Shown here: piece by piece, positions 8,802 through 17,800 of the stretch
How the letters are laid out: every line of letters starts with the position of its first letter
Position numbering within the stretch: the stretch's first letter is position 1
DNA from: Rhodospirillaceae bacterium
GTDB lineage: Bacteria; Pseudomonadota; Alphaproteobacteria; Rhodospirillales; CALINB01
Direction of reading: 5' to 3'
DNA: 64,000 bases
NCBI GenBank assembly: GCA_038114465.1
Contig: JAYNQW010000006.1
Span: 43,059 to 107,058, forward strand
The notes under the pieces: generated by a model
The model's input: only the letters and a program-made list of their open reading frames with translations
Told to the model about the DNA's origin: nothing
The model's database searches: none
Translations under genes and position numbers: made by a program

Positions 8802-9329
8802 ATGGCGCGGCTTTCTTATATCGACGATGCGGCAAAGAAATCAGTAAAGGAATTAGCCGAACGGATCAGCGCGCAGCGAAACGGTAATTTACCGAATTTA
8901 TTTCGCATGCTGCTGCACAGCCCCAATGTTGCCGCGGGTTGGTTCGATTTCTTGTCATCAATCCGCAAAGAGTCGATCCTCGATGGCCGTACACGGGAAT
9001 TTGTCATTATCTATGTTGCGATGCTCTTGCGCGCCGACTATCCCATCAACGACCATATACCGATCGCTCTCAAAGAAGGTATTACCCAAGACGAAATGGA
9101 TGCTTTGGAATCGTGGCACACATCGTCGTTGTTTGATCAGCGCGATAAGGCGTTGCTCGCTTATGTCGAGGAATCGAGCGAGAACGTTCAGGTGCCTGAT
9201 GATGTCTTCGAGGATTTACGCCGGCAGTACAGCGACCGGGAAGTCATTGAGATCACCGTATTAATCGGGGCCTATCATCTCGTGGCTCGGTTTCTCGAAG
9301 CGCTGCAAATCGACCTCGAGCCGTCCTGA
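8802..9329 (+). CDS. Carboxymuconolactone decarboxylase family protein
   Basis: NLFRMLLHSP, LDGRTREFVI...ADY...H, EITVLIGAYH. Confidence 0.85.
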   Translation: MARLSYIDDAAKKSVKELAERISAQRNGNLPNLFRMLLHSPNVAAGWFDFLSSIRKESILDGRTREFVIIYVAMLLRADYPINDHIPIALKEGITQDEMDALESWHTSSLFDQRDKALLAYVEESSENVQVPDDVFEDLRRQYSDREVIEITVLIGAYHLVARFLEALQIDLEPS

Positions 9330-9470
9330 CCGGCGGCCAGCGCCAAGCTGATCGCATGAAGTGTGTTGAGGCCCTGTGCGACCGCCCACGTCGACAATCA
9401 TCACGCAATCGGCGACACCGTGCTCTTTTGCTATATCAACAGCGGCCGCCATTATTTAATTGGCGCTGTC
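9330..9470 (-). pseudogene. Probable remnant of a GlcG/HbpS heme-binding protein gene
   Basis: Reads SAN*IMAAAVDIAKEHGVADCVMIVDVGG, resembling the GlcG N-terminus; there is an upstream in-frame TAA and the frame breaks after VDVGG. Confidence 0.4.
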
Positions 9471-9646
9471 TTTTATGATTTGAAATATCCGATAGCTCAA
9501 TCGATTAGACAAGAACAGCCATTGTCATGATTGGTTCGGTAAAGACGTTGCTGCAAAGCGTTTCTCCCGCTAAAAAGCCTCATCCCGTTCTGATCATGTC
9601 AGGATCGGATCGGTAAACAGACATTAAATTTGATCGGATGGCACCT

Positions 9647-10621
9647 ATGACTAAAGCAATACAAATTCATGAAAACGGCGGCCCGGAAGTCCTGAAATAC
9701 GAAGATGTCGACGTCGGCGCACCCGGCGAGGGCGAAGCGCGGGTGAGGCACACCGCGATCGGCCTGAATTTTCTCGACATCAATCACCGCATGGGCGGTC
9801 ATGGTACGCCGACACCGCCAGTGATCCTCGGCACTGAAGGTATTGGTATTGTTGAAGAGGTCGGGCCCGGCGTGACGGAGGTTAAAGCCGGTGATCGGGT
9901 TGGCTATGCGCCACGCGCGGGGGCTTATTCGGAAGCCCGCCTTATTCCAGCGGATCGTTTGGTGCCGATTCCGGATGGGATCGATGATCGCACAGCTGCG
10001 GGGGCGCTGATGAAAGGCATGACGGCGGAATACCTGATTCGCCGTTGCTACGAAGTGAAAAAGGGTGAAACGATTGTTGCCTATGCCGCCGCCGGCGGGG
10101 TCGGTTCAATTCTATGCCAATGGGCGAAGCATTTGGGTGCAACCGTGGTCGGCATCGTCGGTTCGGACGAAAAAGCCGAGATTGCCAAAGCGAACGGGTG
10201 TGCGCACACAATTAATTACACGAATGAAAAGATTCCTGAAAAAGTTCGAGAGCTGACCGACGGTAAGGGTGTGCCGGTGGTTTTCGATTCCATCGGCGGC
10301 GCGACGTTCAAGGACAGTCTCGATTGCCTGGCCCCGCGGGGTTATATGATCAGCTACGGCAACGCATCGGGAATCGTCGATCCGGTCCCGCTGTCCGATC
10401 TGGTTTCGCGCGGTTCGCTTTATCTCACGCGCCCGACCATGGGGACTTACTGTGTTGCGCGTGAGGATATCCTGGCCGGCACAAAAGCACTTTTTGACGT
10501 AATGCAGGCCGGGCATGTGAAAATTTCGATCGGCCAATCCTATGCGTTGAAAGATATGGCGCAGGCGCACCGCGACTTGGAGGCCCGTAAAACAACGGGT
10601 TCGACAGTAATCGAACCGTAA
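9647..10621 (+). CDS. qor: NADPH:quinone oxidoreductase (zeta-crystallin/MDR family)
   Basis: GGPEVL, AIGLNFLD, AAAGGVG, YGNASG, GSLYLTRP, TTGST. Confidence 0.92.
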   Translation: MTKAIQIHENGGPEVLKYEDVDVGAPGEGEARVRHTAIGLNFLDINHRMGGHGTPTPPVILGTEGIGIVEEVGPGVTEVKAGDRVGYAPRAGAYSEARLIPADRLVPIPDGIDDRTAAGALMKGMTAEYLIRRCYEVKKGETIVAYAAAGGVGSILCQWAKHLGATVVGIVGSDEKAEIAKANGCAHTINYTNEKIPEKVRELTDGKGVPVVFDSIGGATFKDSLDCLAPRGYMISYGNASGIVDPVPLSDLVSRGSLYLTRPTMGTYCVAREDILAGTKALFDVMQAGHVKISIGQSYALKDMAQAHRDLEARKTTGSTVIEP

Positions 10622-10679
10622 ACATCAACGGGTTCGACGGTGATCGTGATGGCCCCGATATCAAGGCGCGCCATGAGAA

Positions 10680-11222
10680 CTATTGAATCATACGATCAAC
10701 AAGGCCGGCGCCGAGCCCGACTTTTTCGTAATGTTCCTTAACCCGGGCAATGCGCGTGAAGACGTCCTCGAAACCGGTTTGCCTGCCGTTTTCATCCACC
10801 ATGATGAGCGGACCGAAACTGTGGAACAGCGTCAGCATGTGACCCTCTTTGCCGTCTTCGCCGGGTTTGACGATCAGCGTGTGGGTTTCGCCGGCGGGTT
10901 CGTAGACGAATGTCCCCGCGGTCGCGGTCCAGTCGTGTTCGATGTAACCCCAGCTGCCTTCCAGGGTAAACCCGGTGACGGGCGCCGGGTGGCGGTGGCG
11001 GCCGATCACGCCTTCGCGCTTGGCCTTGGTGATGTTGACCCAGGTTCCTTGGGTGACGTTAAAGAGGAGCGGGCGGAACCAAACCTGATCGTTATCCTGG
11101 CGTGGCACCCACATGCGCTCGTCGTCTGAACCGGTATGGGTGACCATTTCGCGTTTGGCTTCAGGCGGCAGGGCGACGTCAATGGCCTGCATGGCCTGGG
11201 GCAATGTGTGAAGTTGAGCCAA
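10680..11222 (-). CDS. 2,4'-dihydroxyacetophenone dioxygenase-like cupin
   Basis: RHRHPAPVTGFTLEGSWGYIEHDW...YEPAGETHTL; TTG start after a GGGAGG RBS. Confidence 0.85.
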   Translation of the reverse strand: MAQLHTLPQAMQAIDVALPPEAKREMVTHTGSDDERMWVPRQDNDQVWFRPLLFNVTQGTWVNITKAKREGVIGRHRHPAPVTGFTLEGSWGYIEHDWTATAGTFVYEPAGETHTLIVKPGEDGKEGHMLTLFHSFGPLIMVDENGRQTGFEDVFTRIARVKEHYEKVGLGAGLVDRMIQ

Positions 11223-11329
11223 GAAAACCTCCCTTAAACTTATGGGTATGCTCCAAAAGTGGCTTTAGCTTAGCCCGAACGAGCCTGTCCGGCCAGCCCG
11301 TGAGCAGGTAACTTTTCGCAAGGTCCGTA

Positions 11330-11357
11330 TTGACCGGTTATCTTAGGGAACTATGAT
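11330..11357 (+). promoter_or_regulatory. Probable sigma70 promoter of tRNA-Leu
   Basis: TTGACC-16 nt-TATGAT followed by a GC-rich discriminator, about 20 nt upstream of the tRNA. Confidence 0.55.
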
Positions 11358-11378
11358 GGGCCCGCAAACCGCACCAGT

Positions 11379-11465
11379 GCCCCTGTGGCGGAATTGGTAG
11401 ACGCGCTGGATTCAAAATCCAGTTCCGGTAACGGAGTGGGAGTTCGATTCTCCCTGGGGGCACCA
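11379..11465 (+). tRNA. tRNA-Leu(CAA)
   Basis: GCCCCTG acceptor stem pairing with TGGGGGC, D-loop GGAATTGGTAGAC, anticodon arm CTGGA-TTCAAAA-TCCAG, long variable arm, TTCGATT T-loop, encoded CCA end. Confidence 0.97.
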
Positions 11466-11482
11466 TTTTTTAGATTTAATAA

Positions 11483-11803
11483 TTATTTGCTTTTGCAGTC
11501 CATGCATACGGCCGCGGCCGGGTAGGCGTTGAGGCGTGCTTCTGCGATTGGTTCATCGCATACCGTACAGATGCCGTAACTGCCGTCTTCGACGCGTTTT
11601 AAGGCGGCTTTGATTTCATCGATTTCCTGAAACGCCGTTTGTTCGAGGCTTTCGATAACTTCATCGCCCTCGGATTCGGTAGCCTGTTCTTCCGAGTCGG
11701 CACTCATGGGTTCGCGCAATGAACTTTCAAGTTCATCGGCTTTTTCGATGAGTTCTTGAAGTTTTTGCTCCAAGTCTTTTTTAATTGCTTCGGTGTTTAT
11801 CAT
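11483..11803 (-). CDS. DksA/TraR family C4 zinc-finger protein
   Basis: Coiled coil with DSEEQA tip; ALKRVEDGSYGICTVC...RL...CMDC. Confidence 0.9.
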   Translation of the reverse strand: MINTEAIKKDLEQKLQELIEKADELESSLREPMSADSEEQATESEGDEVIESLEQTAFQEIDEIKAALKRVEDGSYGICTVCDEPIAEARLNAYPAAAVCMDCKSK

Positions 11804-11899
11804 TGAGCATGATCTCCGGCAGCTAAAATGCAATCTACAGCTGATTGAGATCATAAAATAATATCCATCTCCCGCCAATCAACCTTTCGCATAAATTTA

Positions 11900-13264
11900 A
11901 TGACAGCCATAACAGCAGCCCTAGCCCAAAAATTAACGGATATCCGTTATGAAATGCTGCCGCCAGAAGCGGTGGATATGGCCCGGCGGCTTATTCTCGA
12001 CGGTATCGCCGTCGCGGTTGCCGGTGCGAGTTGGGCCGACGGACCGCGTATTCTGGCAGAACATTTACAAAGCCTCGGCGGCACGCCGGACTGTCAGGCC
12101 ATCGGTTTTGGTTTTAAAGCCAATCCCGTGCAGGCAACCTATTTGAATGGGACCAGCATGCACGTGCTCGATTATGAGCCGATGTGGAGCCCCGCCAATC
12201 ATGCCATCTCAACAACCTTGCCGGCCGTGATGGCTTTGTGTGAGACACTTAGAGAGACCAACGGGCGGGAAGCGCTGACCGCCCTCATCAAGGGAATCGA
12301 GGTGCAAGGTTGGTTGCGTGTGGCGAGCGGACAACTCGCGCCGAAGGATTTAACGTATCACCCGCCCGGGATCACCGGGCCCTTCAGCAGCGCCGCCGCT
12401 GCTGCACATATGTTGGGTTCCGACTCAACTCAACTGCGGCATGCGTTCGGCCTCGCTGCTTCACGCACGGGAAGTTTGCTCGCCAATATCGGTAGTATGA
12501 CCAAAGCGACCCATTGCGGTCTCGGCGGCTCGCTTGGCCTCGATGCGGCCTTGCTGGCGGCACGCGGCTTTACCGCCAATCCAAACATCTTTGAAGCCAC
12601 GAACGGTTTCGCCGCTATCGTGTTTGATGAAACGTTTGATTGTGATGCGTTGCTAAGCGCCGGACCGCCGTGGCGCATTGTGGATCCTGGCCCGGCCATA
12701 AAAATGTTTCCCAACCAATTCGCGACTCATTATGGCGTGACAGCAGGCCTGACGGTTCATCCCGATATTCCCTCTTCCGAAGCCATTCAAACGGTCACAC
12801 TCGTGACACCGTCAATGGCGTATATCGACCGTCCCAAACCGGAAACCGGACTCGCCGGAAAATTCAGCTGGCAGTATACTCTTGCGGCCGCACTGCTCGA
12901 TGGGCGTGTCGGTATCGACAGTTTTACCGATGACCGGCGGTTTCAGGCCGATATGGAAACCCTGTTGGATAAAATCACAATCGAAATGGATGACACGATT
13001 CCCGGCACGCTCGAGGATATGCACGTCGAACTTGATGTAACGCTGCAAAACGGCGAGGTGTTGCACACACGGTGCGACGGTCCGAAAGGATTGTGGGGGT
13101 CGCCGCCGATTGAGGATGAAGATCACCTCGTGAAGGTGCGCGATTGTTTGTCGCGTGCGTTAACGGACACGGTTATCGAAGAAGTTATCGAAAAGTGTAG
13201 AAAATTCGATTGTTTGGATGCAGACGGGATTCGTGCGCTCATGGCACAGACCGCAAAAAAATAA
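11900..13264 (+). CDS. MmgE/PrpD family protein (ACOD1/IRG1-like motifs)
   Basis: NGTSMHVLDYE...ANH, YHPP, TKATHCG, IKMFP, GKFSWQY. Confidence 0.88.
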   Translation: MTAITAALAQKLTDIRYEMLPPEAVDMARRLILDGIAVAVAGASWADGPRILAEHLQSLGGTPDCQAIGFGFKANPVQATYLNGTSMHVLDYEPMWSPANHAISTTLPAVMALCETLRETNGREALTALIKGIEVQGWLRVASGQLAPKDLTYHPPGITGPFSSAAAAAHMLGSDSTQLRHAFGLAASRTGSLLANIGSMTKATHCGLGGSLGLDAALLAARGFTANPNIFEATNGFAAIVFDETFDCDALLSAGPPWRIVDPGPAIKMFPNQFATHYGVTAGLTVHPDIPSSEAIQTVTLVTPSMAYIDRPKPETGLAGKFSWQYTLAAALLDGRVGIDSFTDDRRFQADMETLLDKITIEMDDTIPGTLEDMHVELDVTLQNGEVLHTRCDGPKGLWGSPPIEDEDHLVKVRDCLSRALTDTVIEEVIEKCRKFDCLDADGIRALMAQTAKK

Positions 13265-13285
13265 CTTTTTAAAGTTTGTATGCAT

Positions 13286-13320
13286 AAAAAAACAGCCCGG
13301 AAATAATATCCGGACTGTTT
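13286..13320 (-). terminator. Intrinsic terminator between convergent genes
   Basis: Minus strand reads AAACAGTCCGGA-loop-TCCGGGCTG followed by T7. Confidence 0.7.
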
Positions 13321-13342
13321 AATCTCTATTGCGAGGCAGCGG

Positions 13343-13603
13343 CTAGAAGCTGCAATAGCAACCGTTCGTCATGCCTTTTTTGTAGGTTTTGCCTTTGCAT
13401 TTTCTTTTGTCTTCTTTCTGGATGAAGGACTTGTCTTCACCACCGCAAAGGTCCTGACAGGCACTGACCTCTTTATTGGGTACGCAGGATACGTGCGTCC
13501 AGAGCTGATCGAATACCGACCAGTCGGTTTTCGGTTTATCTTCTCCGCCCGCGCAGCCTGCCAACAAAGCGGTCACGGCCAATACGGCAAAAATCTTTTT
13601 CAT
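13343..13603 (-). CDS. Small Cys-rich lipoprotein
   Basis: GGAGAG RBS, lipobox LLAGC (Cys17), six further Cys, own terminator. Confidence 0.8.
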   Translation of the reverse strand: MKKIFAVLAVTALLAGCAGGEDKPKTDWSVFDQLWTHVSCVPNKEVSACQDLCGGEDKSFIQKEDKRKCKGKTYKKGMTNGCYCSF

Positions 13604-13795
13604 AAAATACTCTCCCTAATGGTCCCTTTTGACAATGCGCAAAATTTAAAGACTTACGCCACTGTGCCTATCTTGCGCCAAAAGCCCATTAACATCAACT
13701 GATGGAGGTGCTTTTTTCGCCTGGAATTCTGCGGAAAATACGAAAATATACCGCACCGGATCGCTGTGATGGCCCGTTTGCCGGGTTTAAGCGGC

Positions 13796-14713
13796 TCAGG
13801 GTGCCGCGATGGGTTCGCCCTTGATCTGGGTCCGCCACATCACGCGTTTTTGGCTGTTATCGATGGCTTTACGGTGATGCAGTGCGCAGCGGTTGTCCCA
13901 CAGAATGCCGTCGCCGACTTTCCACTCATGGGTCCAGGCAAATTTCCATTGCGTCGCGTGGGCCCATAACGCATCGAGCAGTTTCTGGCTTTCGTCGTAA
14001 TCCATGCCGACGATGTAATTGGCGGGCGGTTTGCGCCGCCGGCCAAGATAAAGCGCGCGCTTGCCGGTAACCGGGTGAACACGCACCAGCGGATGTTCGG
14101 GTCCGGTGATGTCATCCCATGTTTCTGGCAGGGTTGCCGACGGGCGTACGACGCCGGCTGAGTTCCGGCTGCTGTCGTGAACCTGGTACTTGCCTTCGAT
14201 GGCTTGTTTTAAGTCATCGGGCAATGTGTCGTAGGCCATATATTGATTGCTAAAAGACGTCTCGCCGCCGCCGTCGACAGGCACTTCAATGGAATAAAGC
14301 AGGCTGCCCGCCGGGGGTGTGTCGACATAGGAGTTATCTGAATGCCAGTCGACTTCATGACTGCCGAGGCCTTGGTTGTGCTGCACCGGTTTGTTATCGG
14401 GGCCGATGTTGGTCACCATGGTGATTTCTTCGAGCCGGGACAGGTGGTAAGTCCCCGGCTTATTGCCGCCCGCCATATAAAATTTCCGCGACCCGGCAAC
14501 TTGAACACCGCCGAAAATTTTTGAGACTTTGACCAACCGCTCATCCGTTATGTCCTGACCGCGGAATTGCAGCACGAGATGATCCGCCCAGGCTTGATTG
14601 AGAGCCGCGGCAACGTCATCGGGAATGTCTTGGGACAAATCGATGCCGCGGATTTTCGCTCCAAGGGCGGCACCCGTCGGAATAATTTCAAGGTTTGAAA
14701 GCGTATTCGTCAT
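13796..14713 (-). CDS. TauD/TfdA family Fe(II)/2OG dioxygenase
   Basis: LGAKIRGIDL, WHSD, GGETSFSN, HPLVRVHPVTG, WDNRCALHHR. Confidence 0.92.
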   Translation of the reverse strand: MTNTLSNLEIIPTGAALGAKIRGIDLSQDIPDDVAAALNQAWADHLVLQFRGQDITDERLVKVSKIFGGVQVAGSRKFYMAGGNKPGTYHLSRLEEITMVTNIGPDNKPVQHNQGLGSHEVDWHSDNSYVDTPPAGSLLYSIEVPVDGGGETSFSNQYMAYDTLPDDLKQAIEGKYQVHDSSRNSAGVVRPSATLPETWDDITGPEHPLVRVHPVTGKRALYLGRRRKPPANYIVGMDYDESQKLLDALWAHATQWKFAWTHEWKVGDGILWDNRCALHHRKAIDNSQKRVMWRTQIKGEPIAAP

Positions 14714-14731
14714 GGTTGCCTCGCTGATGAT

Positions 14732-15718
14732 TTAATTTTGTTTGCCGCCGAAGGAACGTTTGTAGTTGGTGTCGATATACCACGAAACATAATCGATCAT
14801 GCTGACCGGTTCAAATTGTGCCGGGTTATCCGGCCCGCAGCAGGTATCAAGTGGGTCGGCAATCGTATCGTGATTGGGGTTGAAAAATGTTGCGATCGAG
14901 TAGCGGTCTTGTTTGGCCGGCAGAACGCGATGGGGTGTCGGCATAAACCGGCCGTTGGTCCAGCGGTTTAAATATTCACCGGTATTGACCAAAATACCGC
15001 CTTTCACATAGGGCGCATCCAGCCAGCTGCCCTCCGTCGTGAGAATTTGCAGCCCCGGTTCTTCTGTCGTCGGCAACATTGTGAGGAAACTGTGATCGCA
15101 ATGGGGCGCGATGCCGAATTGGTTTTCTTCAGCCGGCATCGGCGGATAATGCGCGTTGCGCGACCACATCAAGGGATCGGTAAAGTAAGGATCAAAAAAA
15201 TCCGCTGGTTTATCGAGGGCAAGAGCATAAAGCGGAATGAGTTTTCGGCCCAGCGTTACCATTTCTTGTTGATAAGCGATCATGGTTTCACGAAAGCCGT
15301 CAACATCGGGCCAGGGGTTAGGGCCGGCGAGGCGTTTGCCGGCTTTGATAAGCGGGTGGTTTGCGGGCCGTTCCAACGCGAGGTTCAAGGTCTCGTTGAG
15401 GTCGAGTTTTGTGTTCTCGTTGATTTTAGAGGACACATACACCGTCGATTTAGGCGGAATGTACCCGACGGAACGTTCGTTGATTTTATAGTTAAGTTTT
15501 TCTTCCGCCGGTTTGGCAAAGAACGCCTTTAGTTTATCGTAGGTCCGTTCCAATAAATCCCATGGAAAGCCGTGATTGACGGCAACCATAAAACCGATGT
15601 TTTCCTGTATATGGCGAAGCCGTGCGGCGAGTTGTTCGCGCGCGCCGTCCTCACCCGCAAGATAGGGCCCCATGTCCAGTTCCGGAATTTCCGTATAATT
15701 TTTTTGAAAAACCGTCAC
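14732..15718 (-). CDS. Isopenicillin-N-synthase-like Fe(II)/2OG oxygenase
   Basis: GFMVAVNHG, HYPP, HCD...H...RYS. GTG start at 15718 chosen, just downstream of the VOC gene. Confidence 0.9.
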   Translation of the reverse strand: MTVFQKNYTEIPELDMGPYLAGEDGAREQLAARLRHIQENIGFMVAVNHGFPWDLLERTYDKLKAFFAKPAEEKLNYKINERSVGYIPPKSTVYVSSKINENTKLDLNETLNLALERPANHPLIKAGKRLAGPNPWPDVDGFRETMIAYQQEMVTLGRKLIPLYALALDKPADFFDPYFTDPLMWSRNAHYPPMPAEENQFGIAPHCDHSFLTMLPTTEEPGLQILTTEGSWLDAPYVKGGILVNTGEYLNRWTNGRFMPTPHRVLPAKQDRYSIATFFNPNHDTIADPLDTCCGPDNPAQFEPVSMIDYVSWYIDTNYKRSFGGKQN

Positions 15719-15722
15719 GTGT

Positions 15723-16151
15723 TTACCCTTCGAAACCAGCGGCCTCTTCAGCCGGAAAATCGATTTCAACCATAATGCCGTTGGGGTCCTTGATGAAGAT
15801 CTGATGGGTGCCGTCTTCCGGTACCGTGCGCCGGTCCATCTTGATCCCGGCTTTTTCGAAACGCTCGACAAATTCATCGAGCCCGGTTGCCGTAAAGGCG
15901 ATGTGATCGAGCGGCCCGGTACTGGCCGATGTCTCGCCCATCCGCTGGTCCGTATAATATTGCTCGTCGGTTCCTTTGCGGAAATTCGCCATGTGCACAA
16001 TGGCGGTATCGCCGATGTAGAGCCAATGACCCGGAAAGGGGAAGGGCGGCCTGTAACCGTCTTCCATGCCGAGAAACTCTTGATAGAAGGCTTTGGTTTC
16101 TTCCAGGTTTTCCGTTTTGATGAGGAAGTGGCCTAACGTTTTCAGCGGCAT
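15723..16151 (-). CDS. VOC/glyoxalase family protein
   Basis: H..I...NLEETKAFY, RPPFPFPGHWLY, LDHIAF, QIFIKDPNGIMVE. Confidence 0.9.
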   Translation of the reverse strand: MPLKTLGHFLIKTENLEETKAFYQEFLGMEDGYRPPFPFPGHWLYIGDTAIVHMANFRKGTDEQYYTDQRMGETSASTGPLDHIAFTATGLDEFVERFEKAGIKMDRRTVPEDGTHQIFIKDPNGIMVEIDFPAEEAAGFEG

Positions 16152-16229
16152 CGTGTCACCGTTTTATGGGTTCAGGGGCGGCTGGATTTTACCGTTAACG
16201 GCCCGGTACCGCAAAGGGGCATCTCAGCC

Positions 16230-16269
16230 AAAAAATAAGGCCGGTACACACGACATTGTACCGGCCTTA
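16230..16269 (-). terminator. Intrinsic terminator after tctA
   Basis: 13-bp perfect stem TAAGGCCGGTACA/TGTACCGGCCTTA followed by T6 on the minus strand. Confidence 0.75.
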
Positions 16270-16290
16270 ATATGTGTAATTGAGTAACCG

Positions 16291-17793
16291 CTACACGTCT
16301 TCTTCGACGTCGAGGTTCCGCTTGGTCAGGCGCCGGATAATACCGGGCAGGAACAGGGAAAGGGCCGACATGACAAAGAGGGTTACCACGATGGGCCGTG
16401 ACATGATCAGCCAGATATCGCCTTGCGTCATCATCATGGATTGACGGAACGCGATTTCCATATTGTCACCCAGCACGGCGCCCAAAATGATCGGGGCCAA
16501 CGGATAATCGTATTTGCGGAAGTAATAGCCGATGGCGCCAAAGGCACACATAAACAGCACATCGAGGATCGCGCCGTTTTTACTAAGCACACCGGATGCC
16601 GCCACGACGATGATCATCGGCAGCAACCAGCGCATCGGTAAATACAAAATTCTTACAAACACGCCGACCATCGGCAGGTTGAAGATCAACAGCATGATGT
16701 TGCCGAGGTACAGAGCGGCGATCAGGCCCCAAACGATGTCGGCGTTTTGCGTAAACAACAGCGGTCCGGGTTGAACGTCGATGATGTAAAACGCACCGAG
16801 CATAACGGCCGTGGTTGCCGAGCCCGGAATACCAAGGGCCAACATGGGGACCATGGCGCCCGCACTGGCTGCGTTGTTGGCCGACTCAGGCCCGGCGACA
16901 CCTTGAATCATGCCGGTGCCGAACTTCTCGGGGTTTTTCGAAACCTGCACTTCGACCGAGTAGGAAATGAAGGCTGCAATGCCCGCACCCGCGCCCGGCA
17001 AAACACCGATAAAGAAGCCCAGAATGCCGCCGCGGAATATCGCGCCGACGCTCTCTTTTAATTCCTTGAGTGAGATGTAAATTTTATGTTTCAACACCTC
17101 GAATTTGCCGCCGGAGCGAATGTTCCGAGCGTTGATCAACACTTCAGAAACGGCAAACAGTCCCAATGGAACGGCTAGGAATTCGATGCCTTCCTGCAGA
17201 TCGGAAATGCCGAAAATGAAACGCCGGGCACCCATGAGGTCGGTGCCGACAGTGGCGACCATCAAACCAAGCAGCATGGCGATCATCGCTTTCGGCAACG
17301 ATTTGCCGGCCAAGGCCGCGACGGCCGTAAGGCCAAAGATATAGAGCGCAAAATACTCCTGTGAACTGAATTTCAAGGCGGCATCGGCGAGGAACGGCGC
17401 GAGCAGCATCAAACCGACCACGGCAATGGTTCCGGCGATGTACGAGCCGATAGCGGCGATACAGAGCGCCGGTCCAGCACGGCCTTTTTTGGCCATTTGG
17501 TGGCCGTCGAGACACGCGACCACGGCGGATGTATCGCCGGGCACGTTCAGAAGGATGGACGCTGTCGAGCCGCCATACATCACGCCGGTATAGGCGGCCG
17601 CCAACATAATGATGGAGCCGACCGGATCGAGTTTGAAAATCAACGGCAGTAAGAGGGCTAAGGCACCAGCGGAACCGACACCCGGCAACACGCCGATGAT
17701 GGTGCCGAGAAGGGCGCCGGCGAATGAATAAATTAGGTTCGTCGGTGTGAGGGCGACCTCAAATCCGAGCATTAATTGATCTAATACACCCAT
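16291..17793 (-). CDS. tctA: Tripartite tricarboxylate transporter large permease TctA
   Basis: GVLPG, YGGS..SILLNVPGD, PESANNA, LGIPGS. Confidence 0.95.
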   Translation of the reverse strand: MGVLDQLMLGFEVALTPTNLIYSFAGALLGTIIGVLPGVGSAGALALLLPLIFKLDPVGSIIMLAAAYTGVMYGGSTASILLNVPGDTSAVVACLDGHQMAKKGRAGPALCIAAIGSYIAGTIAVVGLMLLAPFLADAALKFSSQEYFALYIFGLTAVAALAGKSLPKAMIAMLLGLMVATVGTDLMGARRFIFGISDLQEGIEFLAVPLGLFAVSEVLINARNIRSGGKFEVLKHKIYISLKELKESVGAIFRGGILGFFIGVLPGAGAGIAAFISYSVEVQVSKNPEKFGTGMIQGVAGPESANNAASAGAMVPMLALGIPGSATTAVMLGAFYIIDVQPGPLLFTQNADIVWGLIAALYLGNIMLLIFNLPMVGVFVRILYLPMRWLLPMIIVVAASGVLSKNGAILDVLFMCAFGAIGYYFRKYDYPLAPIILGAVLGDNMEIAFRQSMMMTQGDIWLIMSRPIVVTLFVMSALSLFLPGIIRRLTKRNLDVEEDV

Positions 17794-17800
17794 AATACCC

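Noticed and set aside
13664-13682. Possible sigma54 promoter for the Cys-rich lipoprotein (TGGCGC-N7-GC on the minus strand)
   Set aside because: GG/GC spacing fits but the conserved TT before GC is missing; too weak to call.
15719-16000. N-terminal extension of the IPNS-like ORF (similar extensions on purD, lpxK, tspO, bioC, tadA and the MFS gene)
   Set aside because: These extensions overlap neighbouring genes and lack family similarity; downstream starts fit better.
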